Source: a virus. From it: a DNA stretch of 64,000 bases. Below, one piece after another: positions 45,899-55,620 of this stretch. The number at the start of each line of letters is the position of its first letter. Position 1 is the first letter of the stretch. The notes under the pieces were generated by a model. That model had not been told where the DNA came from, did not search any database, and saw only the letters and a list, made by a program, of their open reading frames with translations. The DNA is taken from positions 1 to 64,000 of IMG/VR virus record IMGVR_UViG_3300043468_001414; one strand, given 5' to 3'. The position numbers and the translations under genes were made by a program.

Positions 45899-47436
45899 AG
45901 GTTTATACTTATTATAGTGAAATTAAGTTTTCCGCTCAATCAGACTTAATTTCCGTTTGGAAGCAAAGCTGGGAGAAGCGGGGGTTCGAGCCGGTTGTGC
46001 TGAGTGTCGCGGATGCCAAGCGACACCCTTATTATAAATGCTTCCAAGAAGTTGTTCGTAGCCAGAGTGAGCAAATGGGCTTTGCGCTGAGTGCTTACGG
46101 TGAGGCGTGTTGGATGCGTTGGCTGGCTTATGCTTCGCTGGGGGAGAGTGGGCTATTTATTGTCTGTGATTATGATGTGATGAATCGGAACTTCCCGGTT
46201 CCCGAGAAATTACCGGAGGGCTTGGTTTTTTGGGATGGGGCGTGCCCGAGCGTGGCCTCAGGGAATTCCGAAGATTTTTTGAGGTTTTGTAAATCAGTAG
46301 AATTCATGGATGTAGAGTGTTTTTTGGAAGCTAATAAAAAACCCATATCTCACTTCCACGATCAAGAGTTTTTATGTTGCCCTCAGTGCGCAGGGTTGAA
46401 ACATTCACGGATGCGGCCCGCAGAAGTTGTTTCGTTATATTCCGAGAAAGTGGATGCGCCATTGGTGCATGTGTCTCACAGTTCTATTCCTGGCTTTAAC
46501 GAGGCGAAGCGTTTAGCAGCTGCTTGCGAGGTGCTGCAATATGAGGGGGCGGCATGGGGTGGATGTTTGCAGGGCCTCGCGCGGACGGTGATTCGGATGG
46601 ATCTCCTGGCGAGGCGTCCTGTGCCTATTTTTTTACATATCCCGCGATGTGGTGGGACATTTGTCTTGGCGACAATGATGGCCTCTTCAGTTTTTTTAAA
46701 ACAGAGTGGAGGCGGCGGGGTTATCAAGCAAATTTTAGTGAATGAGGAGGGGGTTATCTTTAGGGTTATTGCGTCTTGCGAGGATATTGGCTCTGATGCT
46801 GATGATAGGCATAAACTCACGGTGGATCTTAGTGGTTTTTTTGAGATTCTCCCGAAGTTGGAATTTGTATTTTCGGTCGTTATCGAACCAGCGGGGGTTT
46901 CTCGATTCGCTGGGGGGCTTTTTCACGAAATTTGCGATCGCATTCAAAGAAAGCCAATGTTTTTTACCTGCCTCCGCGATCCTTTTGAGCGGGAGGCCTC
47001 GAAGTTCGCTTATTTGATAACTAAATTGAGCGAAGATTCATTCTGCATTGAAGGCGAAGAAGAGCGCGTGGCTAATGCATTAACTGGCATGGAGTTTGAA
47101 GAGTATATTCAATCGGACAGGCTTTCGGATAGTTGGCTGATCCGGACATTATTGCCGCAGGCGGCGCATATTTGCGAAAATGAAATTGATGAGGCTTGCC
47201 AGCTTCTTGCGGATTTTAGGATTTGCGGGCTCTCGGGCCTTTCGGAGCATTTGGGCAGAGTTTTAAAGGATTGCTATGGCGAGATCGCTGTGCCGCTGGG
47301 TTTTGAGATCAACAGCAACAGCTCGGGAGGGGTCGCGTTTGATAATATCTCTGAAAAAGCTAGGGCGGCGTTTCTTGAAAAAACGAGGCCGGACTACGAG
47401 TTGTATTGGCGATTGATAGCTCGGGCTGAGTGTTGA
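45895..47436 (+). CDS. Glycosyltransferase-sulfotransferase fusion
   Basis: N half RWLAY...CDYDV (DxD); C half FLHIPRCGGT (5'-PSB loop) and LRDPFER..S (3'-PB motif); GTGA overlap start. Confidence 0.7.
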   Translation: MKVYTYYSEIKFSAQSDLISVWKQSWEKRGFEPVVLSVADAKRHPYYKCFQEVVRSQSEQMGFALSAYGEACWMRWLAYASLGESGLFIVCDYDVMNRNFPVPEKLPEGLVFWDGACPSVASGNSEDFLRFCKSVEFMDVECFLEANKKPISHFHDQEFLCCPQCAGLKHSRMRPAEVVSLYSEKVDAPLVHVSHSSIPGFNEAKRLAAACEVLQYEGAAWGGCLQGLARTVIRMDLLARRPVPIFLHIPRCGGTFVLATMMASSVFLKQSGGGGVIKQILVNEEGVIFRVIASCEDIGSDADDRHKLTVDLSGFFEILPKLEFVFSVVIEPAGVSRFAGGLFHEICDRIQRKPMFFTCLRDPFEREASKFAYLITKLSEDSFCIEGEEERVANALTGMEFEEYIQSDRLSDSWLIRTLLPQAAHICENEIDEACQLLADFRICGLSGLSEHLGRVLKDCYGEIAVPLGFEINSNSSGGVAFDNISEKARAAFLEKTRPDYELYWRLIARAEC

Positions 47437-47455
47437 CGAATGATGGGAGGTGGGT

Positions 47456-48727
47456 ATGCGACTCTATGTAGATCTTGATACTCTGGTTGTTTCGGATTTC
47501 CGAAACTCTGGGGCGGCGGCTGGTTTATCGGCAAAAAGGAGTGATCGGTTTTCTGTAGAAGTTCGGTTTGTAAGTCAAGGTGTCATTAAGGAGTTGCCAT
47601 CAGGGGCTTCCGGGCGGATTACTCTTAAAAAGACTACAGAATTTTCTAGTTACCCGGTGGCATGGTCTCCGGCGTGGCGCAAGGTGGGGCATGGCTTGGG
47701 GGCTTATTATGTTTTCCGCCTTAATCTCCATACTCAACAGGTTGTGGATCAATTTTTGTCTCTGCAAGGCGAATTGGCTGCCGTGACTTTTGCCATGGAG
47801 ATTCAATGGGAATACCGCGGAATGCGGAGATCGAGCCGCGCGGTCACATTTGTGGTGGAAAATGATTATGTGCGCCTTGAAGATCGGGATGAGCCGCCGA
47901 TCGCTATTTTTGCTGGTCCTCCCATTGTGGCCTCGGGTCAAAGCTTTGTCGGTAAGGTCGGGGCTTCGTTTTTTGAGAGAATCGTTCTTGGGGAGACTAT
48001 GGATCGGCCGGTTTCAACATGGTCCGCCTCGGGGCTTCCAGCCGGGTTGAGTCTTAATGTTGCGCAGGGCATCGTGTCGGGAGACCCTTCAGCGATGGGC
48101 AGCTTTACCGCGATGATTTCTGCAAGTGGCGATGGAGGGGCTGGTGTTGCTCAAGGGGTGGCGTTTTCTATTTTGCCGGGCGTTCCTGGCATTACAAATA
48201 CAAGCTTTACGGGCAAGGTGGGCGCGGCATTTTTAGCTGCGCCGACTGTCAATGATCCCGTTAATCGACCTGTTACTGCATGGAGCGCGACCGGCTTGCC
48301 AAGTTGGGCCGGCATTGATGCCACGAGCGGCGTCATAGCCAGTATAACCCCCGTCGGGTATCCCCTACTCACTCCAGAGCATGTCGCTACCTATGATGTT
48401 ACATTAAGGGCCTCTGGGCCTGGCGGTGAGGGCGCTAAGGTTGTTACGATTATAATCGGAGTGGGGGCTCCTAGTATTGATGCAGGGCAAAGTTTTCTTG
48501 GCTATGTCGGGCAGCCGTTTACTGTGACTCCTGCGATTTATGACGCCCTTGATCGGCCTGCGACTTCGTGGAGCGCGGTGGGATTGCCTGCGGGGCTTTC
48601 CATTAATTCTGCAACTGGGCAGATTGCTGGGACGCCGGAGGTTGCTGGGAGCGTGGACGCTGAATTAACGGCGACGGGACCAGGGGGCAGCAATACTCGT
48701 AGTGTTTCCATTTCTATCATGCCTTAA
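47456..48727 (+). CDS. Baseplate-anchor-like N-domain plus three Ig-like domains
   Basis: KRSDRFSVEVRF..; W.A.GLP.GL type motif three times. Confidence 0.65.
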   Translation: MRLYVDLDTLVVSDFRNSGAAAGLSAKRSDRFSVEVRFVSQGVIKELPSGASGRITLKKTTEFSSYPVAWSPAWRKVGHGLGAYYVFRLNLHTQQVVDQFLSLQGELAAVTFAMEIQWEYRGMRRSSRAVTFVVENDYVRLEDRDEPPIAIFAGPPIVASGQSFVGKVGASFFERIVLGETMDRPVSTWSASGLPAGLSLNVAQGIVSGDPSAMGSFTAMISASGDGGAGVAQGVAFSILPGVPGITNTSFTGKVGAAFLAAPTVNDPVNRPVTAWSATGLPSWAGIDATSGVIASITPVGYPLLTPEHVATYDVTLRASGPGGEGAKVVTIIIGVGAPSIDAGQSFLGYVGQPFTVTPAIYDALDRPATSWSAVGLPAGLSINSATGQIAGTPEVAGSVDAELTATGPGGSNTRSVSISIMP

Positions 48728-48751
48728 AGTTGACGCTCGGGCTTGGGGCGT

Positions 48752-49216
48752 ATGCGGATCGCGATCAATACCGAGACGAGGCAGGTGGTGACTTGGGCGA
48801 ATGAGCCATTGACTTCCATGGAGTTGACTCGCGGCGACAAATTTCCGCTGGAGATCAAGTTTATCGCCGGGGCGGGATATGTGGAGCTTCCGGATGGCGC
48901 GGCGGTGAGGGTGGTTTTCAAGCAGATCGGGCAGTATGGCGGGCAGATTTTAGCGGGAGCAGTGGAGTGGACGAAGGCTGGCGCGGCCTCGAAGGCTGTT
49001 TACACCGTGCTGCTCGATATGAATACGATCCAACTCAATACGGCGCTCGGCGCGGACACTCCCTCGATCGACTTGGCGGTGGAGATCGAGTGGCGGTATA
49101 CGCAAGGCGCTGTCGCGGTGCGCCAGACGGCGACTCCAGTGCCGGTGACGCTTTCCAATGATTACATTCGCGGTGCCGAGGGGAGTCCTGTCGATGCTGT
49201 GGCTTTATTGGCCTGA
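48752..49216 (+). CDS. Baseplate-anchor-like (BppU-type) protein
   Basis: TRGDKFPLEIKF...EIEW...V...NDY; close paralog of the next gene. Confidence 0.55.
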   Translation: MRIAINTETRQVVTWANEPLTSMELTRGDKFPLEIKFIAGAGYVELPDGAAVRVVFKQIGQYGGQILAGAVEWTKAGAASKAVYTVLLDMNTIQLNTALGADTPSIDLAVEIEWRYTQGAVAVRQTATPVPVTLSNDYIRGAEGSPVDAVALLA

Positions 49217-49221
49217 TATCT

Positions 49222-49890
49222 ATGCGTATCGCTATCAATACCGAGACTCGCGGGGTAGTGACATGGGCGGGAGCGGCTATTGAATCTCTCCAAATTACGC
49301 GAGGTGATTCTTTTCCGCTAGAGATCAAGTTTATCCAAGGGAATGGATATGTTGATATGCCGACGAATGCTGAGGCTAGGATAGCATTCAAGGCTGCCGG
49401 GGGATTCGCGAGCGAGATTTTGGCTGGAAGTGTTTTATGGGAAAAGGCGGGTGCGGGCGCAAAAGCCGTTTATTCCATGGCTTTGAATTTCAATACGACG
49501 CCAATCCAAGCGCTTTTTGCCTCCGAGCCGGCGAGCTTGAATCTGGTGATGGAGTTTGAGTGGTCGTATTCTATTAATTCTCAATTTATCAGGCAAACAA
49601 CGATCCCCGTCCCAGTGGTTTTGGCGAACGACTATGCCCGAGACGCGGACGGGATGCCTGTGGAGGCCTTGGACAGGAAAGCGACCCAGCAAGAAGCTGA
49701 GGCCGGGGTCGATAATGCCAAATGGATGACTCCGCTGAGGACGAAGCAGGCGATCGATCTTGCCGCAGAATCCGAACGCCCAACGATTTCATCTGCTCCA
49801 CCAGTGCCCCTTTATGAGGGGCAGCGATGGACGGATACAACTGATCTCACCACCTACGAATTCATCGGAGGCGCGTGGGTCGAAACATAA
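49222..49890 (+). CDS. Baseplate-anchor-like protein with fibre-type C-terminus
   Basis: MRIAINTETR start identical to 48752; ATQQEAEAG.DN.KWMTPLRT fibre motif. Confidence 0.6.
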   Translation: MRIAINTETRGVVTWAGAAIESLQITRGDSFPLEIKFIQGNGYVDMPTNAEARIAFKAAGGFASEILAGSVLWEKAGAGAKAVYSMALNFNTTPIQALFASEPASLNLVMEFEWSYSINSQFIRQTTIPVPVVLANDYARDADGMPVEALDRKATQQEAEAGVDNAKWMTPLRTKQAIDLAAESERPTISSAPPVPLYEGQRWTDTTDLTTYEFIGGAWVET

Positions 49891-49908
49891 ACAACAATAA
49901 CATAATAT

Positions 49909-50721
49909 ATGGCAGCTATCACATTCCCGGCGTCTCCGACGCTCAATCAAACCCACACGGTCGGAGACCGTAGCTGGAAATTCAACGGCACTGCATGGAA
50001 GCTCGTTCCGCGCACCACAGATGCCATCGTCGAGGGGTCTAGCAACCTTTTCTTCACCGAAAGCCGAGTGCGGGCTACCGTGCTCACAGGCCTAACCCCT
50101 ACGGATGTCGTTATCGATCAGGCGGATTCGGTTTTGGGTGCCGTCGGCAAGGCTCAAGGTCAGATCACCGCCCTCGATAGTCGCATGGATACCGCCGAAA
50201 GCGATATTACTGCCCTTGAAAGCTCCATTACAGCCATTGGTAGTGCTTTCAATTATGTTGGCACGCTGGCAGGTGGAGCTGATGCGGCGAATGCCACGAA
50301 TCTCGCGGCGCTGGCCGAGAATGATCCTGGCGACTACTACAAAGTGGCTACAGCGGGCTATTTTATCCTCGCTCCCGCTTCGGCATTCTATGCCAACGTG
50401 AATGACGGCATCGTTTTTAATAACGCGAGTGGCGTTGATAAGATCGACAGCACCGACAGCACAGTGGCTGGCACATCGAACTATGTCAGTGTCTCTGGAA
50501 GCACAGATACTGGCTACACGGTCGATCTAGATTCGACTTTTAAGACTCGTGTGGATAACGCCGAGGGCGACATTGATGCTCTTGAAACCGGCAAGCAGAT
50601 CAAGGATGTGGTCTCAACCGCCGCGCCTGCGCACTCCGAGGGACTCCGCTGGATCGATTCCGCCGACATGACTGAATATCTTTCATACGGCGGGGTATGG
50701 GTCGAGATTGACAAGCAATAA
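49909..50721 (+). CDS. Tail fibre-type protein
   Basis: FPASPT...W.FNG.AW N-motif, EGSSNLFFT..R, coiled coils, C-terminal W.D.....Y.G.WVE. Confidence 0.65.
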   Translation: MAAITFPASPTLNQTHTVGDRSWKFNGTAWKLVPRTTDAIVEGSSNLFFTESRVRATVLTGLTPTDVVIDQADSVLGAVGKAQGQITALDSRMDTAESDITALESSITAIGSAFNYVGTLAGGADAANATNLAALAENDPGDYYKVATAGYFILAPASAFYANVNDGIVFNNASGVDKIDSTDSTVAGTSNYVSVSGSTDTGYTVDLDSTFKTRVDNAEGDIDALETGKQIKDVVSTAAPAHSEGLRWIDSADMTEYLSYGGVWVEIDKQ

Positions 50722-50729
50722 TAGTCACG

Positions 50730-52151
50730 ATGCCAGCCATCGCCTTTCCGCAAAACCCGCAGACCAACGATACCTACGCTTCCAGTGGCTACACTTGGAA
50801 GTTCGACGGGGCTCGTTGGCGGCGGCTCCCCGCCGCTGTGCCGCTCTCGAGGCTCTCGGGCGCTGATGCGGAGATTGGCGATGTGCTGGCTTTTGACGGA
50901 GAACAATACTCTCCTGTTCCTCCTACGGGCGGCGGCGGCGGCGCATCTGTAACTGTCAGTAAAGTTGCGGCAGATGGCAGCTATAGCGGGGCTGTAACGA
51001 ATGTAACAGGGCTTAGATTTGATCAAGACTCGGGATTTGATGTAATGGACTTGGGGGGCGGGAATGCCAAGGTCCAAATGAACTCTACGTTTAAGTATTG
51101 GGAGGTAAATGGACAACCCGGGCTTACGGCGCAGGGGTTAGACACCGCAAATTTTATTGCCGGTTCTGGAGTAACAATTGCGGCTGATTCCGTAAACAAC
51201 TCACTTACATTTACTTCCGCTGGCGGCGTTTCTGATGGCGACAAGGGGGATGTATCAGTATCCAACTCAGGAGCTACTTGGGCGATCGACAACGGGGCTG
51301 TGAACACAGCAAAATTAGCTGACGGAGCGGTAACAACAGAAAAAATTGCTGCGGGAGCCGTTGTCACTGAGGATATTGCTGCTGGAGCTGTTACATACGC
51401 CAAGATGCAGAATGTTTCGGCAGCGGATCGGCTCTTGGGAAGATCGACAGCGGGGGCAGGGACAGTAGAAGAGATACCATGCACCTCTTTAGGTAGGTCT
51501 GTTTTAGCTTCTGCTGATGCGGCTGCCGCAAGAACATCTTTGGACGCCGCCGCGACTACGCACGGTCACGCAATTTCTCAAATCACAAATCTTCAGTCGT
51601 CGCTGAACGCGAAAGCTAACAGCACACATTCTCATGTTATCGGGGACACGACAGGGCTACAGGCAGCTTTAGACTCTAAAACTGCTGTAGGCCACACTCA
51701 TGTCATGTCGGAAATTACCGACTTAGCATTCCCAACGGCGTCAGTTTATTACGGAGATACCCCGCCAACAAGCACTACATATAACCTATGGATTCAAACC
51801 AGCACAGCTAGGATTTTTAATAAAATTGATGGTTTTTGGGTAGAGGCTGCTGCGGGGTTTGGGTCTTTGGTAATTGAGAACACTACAGGTGGGGGCGGAG
51901 GCGGCGGCACGGGCGGAGAGGTGGTGAGTGTGAATGGTTTAGTCGGGGCTGTCACTCTCACTCCGACAATACTAGGTGCGGCCAATGCTACGCACTACCA
52001 CGCTATAGCTGATACGACAGGGTTACAGGCTTCCCTCAACTCTTTGAGCATCGGGAAGATCACAAACGGCGGCGGGGTATCAAACATAGCAAGAGTTACA
52101 TCTCTTCCAGCAAATCCTGACCCTAACACACTTTACATAGTTATACCGTAA
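50730..52151 (+). CDS. Tail fibre protein
   Basis: AVT..KIA.G repeats; H.H.I...TGLQ repeats. Confidence 0.75.
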   Translation: MPAIAFPQNPQTNDTYASSGYTWKFDGARWRRLPAAVPLSRLSGADAEIGDVLAFDGEQYSPVPPTGGGGGASVTVSKVAADGSYSGAVTNVTGLRFDQDSGFDVMDLGGGNAKVQMNSTFKYWEVNGQPGLTAQGLDTANFIAGSGVTIAADSVNNSLTFTSAGGVSDGDKGDVSVSNSGATWAIDNGAVNTAKLADGAVTTEKIAAGAVVTEDIAAGAVTYAKMQNVSAADRLLGRSTAGAGTVEEIPCTSLGRSVLASADAAAARTSLDAAATTHGHAISQITNLQSSLNAKANSTHSHVIGDTTGLQAALDSKTAVGHTHVMSEITDLAFPTASVYYGDTPPTSTTYNLWIQTSTARIFNKIDGFWVEAAAGFGSLVIENTTGGGGGGGTGGEVVSVNGLVGAVTLTPTILGAANATHYHAIADTTGLQASLNSLSIGKITNGGGVSNIARVTSLPANPDPNTLYIVIP

Positions 52152-53017
52152 TGCCGACTAATGCAGACATAACAGATGTTTATTTAGGCGGTGCTTATGC
52201 CCAAGAGCTGTATCTAGGTAGCACCCGTATCTGGCCCTTAGGAACTTTAGGTCTAGCTTCGGTAAGCGGTTATATTTTAGCTTTACGCTCAAATGGGACG
52301 CCAGTTTGGGATAGACTTCCGGCGAATTACCCTCAGTTGAACACAATACCTGAAATAACTAGAGGCAATACCACAATGGTGTCTATGGGCGAACGCCACG
52401 CTATGGCGCTTCTAAAAAATAAAACCGTTGTGTGTTGGGGCGCAAATACGCAAGGGCAGATCAATACTCCAGCAAATCTTACAAATGTTAGAGAGGTTTT
52501 TGCCGCTGGTTTAGCTTCTTATGCTATACTTGAAAATGGAACCGTGCGGCATTGGGGGACTAATGCACAAGGTGCTGGGAATATCCCGGCAGGGCTTACC
52601 GATGTTGTAGGTTTGGGGTCCTTCGTTGGAGGCGGGAGTGGAACACATGTTGTTGCATGTAAATCTAATGGGACCGTTGTGACTTGGGGCACTAATAATA
52701 CTTACGGGCAACAAAATGTTCCCGCTGGATTGAATCGCGTTATTAAAGTGTCTGCTGTCTTTGAAGGCTCTATTGCTCTACAGGATGATGGAACAGTAGT
52801 TAAGTGGGGCTTCGAAAACACATACACTCCTATCCCATCGAGTGTCAGCCCAGTTGACTTAGTTGATATGGATTTGAAGACCCAGTATGAGCTTTATGTT
52901 TTGAGGCTCAATGGCAATCTTGAAGTTAACAACAATGTTGTAGCTACAGGAGTCGTGGCAATGGCCCGTGGCGGAAGGGCCTATATGAAACAAGACGGAA
53001 CAACGCATCTCATCTAA
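52151..53017 (+). CDS. RCC1/BLIP-II-like beta-propeller protein
   Basis: Repeated L.NGTV..WG.N..GQ..P.GL. Confidence 0.75.
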   Translation: MPTNADITDVYLGGAYAQELYLGSTRIWPLGTLGLASVSGYILALRSNGTPVWDRLPANYPQLNTIPEITRGNTTMVSMGERHAMALLKNKTVVCWGANTQGQINTPANLTNVREVFAAGLASYAILENGTVRHWGTNAQGAGNIPAGLTDVVGLGSFVGGGSGTHVVACKSNGTVVTWGTNNTYGQQNVPAGLNRVIKVSAVFEGSIALQDDGTVVKWGFENTYTPIPSSVSPVDLVDMDLKTQYELYVLRLNGNLEVNNNVVATGVVAMARGGRAYMKQDGTTHLI

Positions 53018-53025
53018 TTTAGCTT

Positions 53026-53325
53026 ATGTTAAACTTTCCAGATTCACCAACAAACGGGTATATTTATCCACCAGAAACCGAAGCAGCGATTGAAGGTCGT
53101 CGCTGGAAATGGGACGCCGCTGGCGGCGTGTGGCTAAACTACTCGGCGTCGCAGCCCTACACACTGCAAATCTACAATGTAACAAACCTTCAGTCAGAGC
53201 TTGATAGCAAGATAGAGAAGCAGTCTGCCGATACAACTCCTGTAAATGCCATTCGGTGTCTTACGCAAGCAGAATACGACGGCACAACGAAAGACCCGAA
53301 CACAATTTATTTCATAAAACAATAA
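53026..53325 (+). CDS. Small tail fibre-associated protein
   Basis: FPDSPT..W.WD; LTQAEYD...KDPNTIYFI. Confidence 0.6.
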   Translation: MLNFPDSPTNGYIYPPETEAAIEGRRWKWDAAGGVWLNYSASQPYTLQIYNVTNLQSELDSKIEKQSADTTPVNAIRCLTQAEYDGTTKDPNTIYFIKQ

Positions 53326-53326
53326 C

Positions 53327-55069
53327 ATGCCTACTGTTGTAAAAGCCTATTTAGGAACAACTCCGCTTTTTACGGGAGACTCTGTATGGGTTCGTCCCTC
53401 CGATTGGCTCGCCCTGCCCTCTGCACAAGCTAATTCTGTAAAAATACTACATGCTGTTTTTGACCAAACTGAAAACTATGTAGTGATTAAAATGGTGACT
53501 TCCGACAGTTCTGCCTACATCATAAATTGGGGGGACGGGAATACCACAACAGCGTTAAGCAATACAAATATCACATACAATTACAGCTACAGTTCTTCTG
53601 GATTGGATGGCACTCTCTCTGCTCGCGGATACAAGCAAGCCATAATTACCATAACACCGGTAGGGTCGGCAACATTTACACTTTGCGATTTATCTCAAAA
53701 GATTACCTCCCCGTCAGGTATGCAAATGTATGCTACAGGCTTGCTTGATGTTAATGTAAATCTTCCGAATCTTATAGCTGGGCAAAGGTTGCTTATCGGT
53801 TCGTCAACAGTTCGCCATTCTTACCTTGAAAGGGTTTATATCGCTTCGTGGGGGCTTATCAACAATATCACCGCTTTGTTCCAGCATTGTCCCGCGCTTC
53901 AATCTCTGAATGAGACAGAGTGGAACATGTCGAACATAACCACCGTTTCAAGCCTGTTTTTTGAGTGCAGCGGTATAAAGGTGATCGACGGGTCTAATTG
54001 GGACACGGCAAAAATCACCACTTTTACGGACATGTTTCGTGCTTGTCAAACTATCCAAAAGGTGAGTTGTGCAAACTGGGTCACATCGACAACCACAGGC
54101 ATCGGAAATATGTTTTTCGGTTGCACGGCCCTTACGGATATAGATGTCGGGAACTGGAATACTGCTAACTGCACAACTTTTGCTTATCTTTTTTCGGCAT
54201 GCCGCTCCTTGACCAGTATAAATGTTCGTAATTGGAACACCGCAAAAGTCACCACGATCAACAACATGTTTGAGAACTGCAATGCCGTGCAAGAAGTGGA
54301 TATTTCTCTTTGGAGCCTGCCGTTATGCACTAATGTGCAGGCGGCTTTTATAAACTGCCATACTTTGAGAAAGTTGGGGCCGTGCAACTTTAATGCCGTA
54401 ACAAATCTTACAGCAACATTCAACAACTGTCGCTCTCTCACTTCATGCACTATATCGTGGCTGAGGGCTACCACAGACTTTACGAGTTGCCGATTGCCTA
54501 AAGCTGCGCTGGATACTGTTTTTTCAAATCTAACTGGCGGTGCAGCATCGAGAACTATAACCATTACTGGAAACTACGGCGCGGTTGCTGCGGTCAGCAA
54601 AACTACTTGCGGAACCACAGCAGGATCAAAAACTGTAACGCAGTCAAACACTTCGAGCTTGCAAGTTGGGATGCAAGTTTTGGGGACGGGGGTGACCACT
54701 GCTGTAGCGGTTACTTTTCAAGACGCGGGGGACACCGTTACACGGACAGCCCACGGACTAGACAATGGAACCATTGTTTCATTTTCAACTATAACTAGCA
54801 CGACAGGGATAGCAATATACGCCCAGTATTATGTAATCAACGCCACTGCCGACACATTTCAGTTGTCCGCAACTTCTGGCGGGGCAGCTATCGCCCTAAC
54901 TACGAATGGTAGCGGGAATATGCTTTACCCTGCCTACATTACCGCAATTACCACGAACTCATCTTTCCAGATGAGTGCTCCAGCGTCGGCTACTGGAAGT
55001 GTGACGCTCACGGCTAGAATTTTGAGCACTTTCCCTGCGACATCAAAAGGATGGACTGTAACAGGATAA
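53327..55069 (+). CDS. BspA/DUF285-like leucine-rich repeat protein (putative receptor binding)
   Basis: About 26-aa repeats W.T..vT....MF..C..L..iD. Confidence 0.75.
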   Translation: MPTVVKAYLGTTPLFTGDSVWVRPSDWLALPSAQANSVKILHAVFDQTENYVVIKMVTSDSSAYIINWGDGNTTTALSNTNITYNYSYSSSGLDGTLSARGYKQAIITITPVGSATFTLCDLSQKITSPSGMQMYATGLLDVNVNLPNLIAGQRLLIGSSTVRHSYLERVYIASWGLINNITALFQHCPALQSLNETEWNMSNITTVSSLFFECSGIKVIDGSNWDTAKITTFTDMFRACQTIQKVSCANWVTSTTTGIGNMFFGCTALTDIDVGNWNTANCTTFAYLFSACRSLTSINVRNWNTAKVTTINNMFENCNAVQEVDISLWSLPLCTNVQAAFINCHTLRKLGPCNFNAVTNLTATFNNCRSLTSCTISWLRATTDFTSCRLPKAALDTVFSNLTGGAASRTITITGNYGAVAAVSKTTCGTTAGSKTVTQSNTSSLQVGMQVLGTGVTTAVAVTFQDAGDTVTRTAHGLDNGTIVSFSTITSTTGIAIYAQYYVINATADTFQLSATSGGAAIALTTNGSGNMLYPAYITAITTNSSFQMSAPASATGSVTLTARILSTFPATSKGWTVTG

Positions 55070-55073
55070 TTTT

Positions 55074-55274
55074 ATGGATGATACATCAGGATTTTACAAA
55101 TTGGATGAGGGGCAACTTTTATACGCGCCTAACTTCGTAATCAGCGCGCTTTATGAGTTAAGCAAAGAAACAAAAAACGAATACAGCTACCCCGTAGATG
55201 GGTGGAGTTGGTTTGACGGCGAGGAAGAAGCGAGAGTCGCTCTACAGTTGCGGGCTCCATTTAGTGTGGGTTGA
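55074..55274 (+). CDS. Small fibre-associated protein
   Basis: GFYK...LLYAPNFV...YPVDGW.WFD. Confidence 0.55.
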   Translation: MDDTSGFYKLDEGQLLYAPNFVISALYELSKETKNEYSYPVDGWSWFDGEEEARVALQLRAPFSVG

Positions 55275-55302
55275 CCCGGATTATATTAAGAAATGAAATA
55301 CT

Positions 55303-55620
55303 ATGACACCACAGGGGGCTATTGATACGGTAACAACGATCGCGCAGCAGAGTGATCGTTGGATTTTTGTTGCGCTGCTGGCGATTGGGATTTTTGCATG
55401 CTGGGTATTATTTCGGCATTTTACCGCCCGCGAATGTGCGTTGGAGTCCAAGATTGATCGAATTGGCAAGCGCGGCGAGGAGCAGACTCAACAATTTATT
55501 TCCTACCTGCAATCGGCCAATAAAGAGCTGGCTGCCATTCTCACGGAGACCAACTCGACTCTCAATAAAAACGCCGCGCTCATGGAGCGTGTCGAACGAA
55601 AACTCGAAAAATTCACATGA
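55303..55620 (+). CDS. Holin/antiholin-like membrane protein
   Basis: One TM segment followed by a coiled coil; first gene of the lysis cassette. Confidence 0.5.
   Translation: MTPQGAIDTVTTIAQQSDRWIFVALLAIGIFACWVLFRHFTARECALESKIDRIGKRGEEQTQQFISYLQSANKELAAILTETNSTLNKNAALMERVERKLEKFT

Noticed and set aside
47456-55274. Diversity-generating retroelement or invertible fibre cassette
   Set aside because: No reverse transcriptase, no adenine-variant TR/VR pair, and no invertase or flanking inverted repeats seen
266-55295. GTTGAC copies as ordinary sigma70 -35 boxes
   Set aside because: No TAnnnT at 16-18 bp; that position is occupied by the start codon, so a normal transcript would omit the ATG
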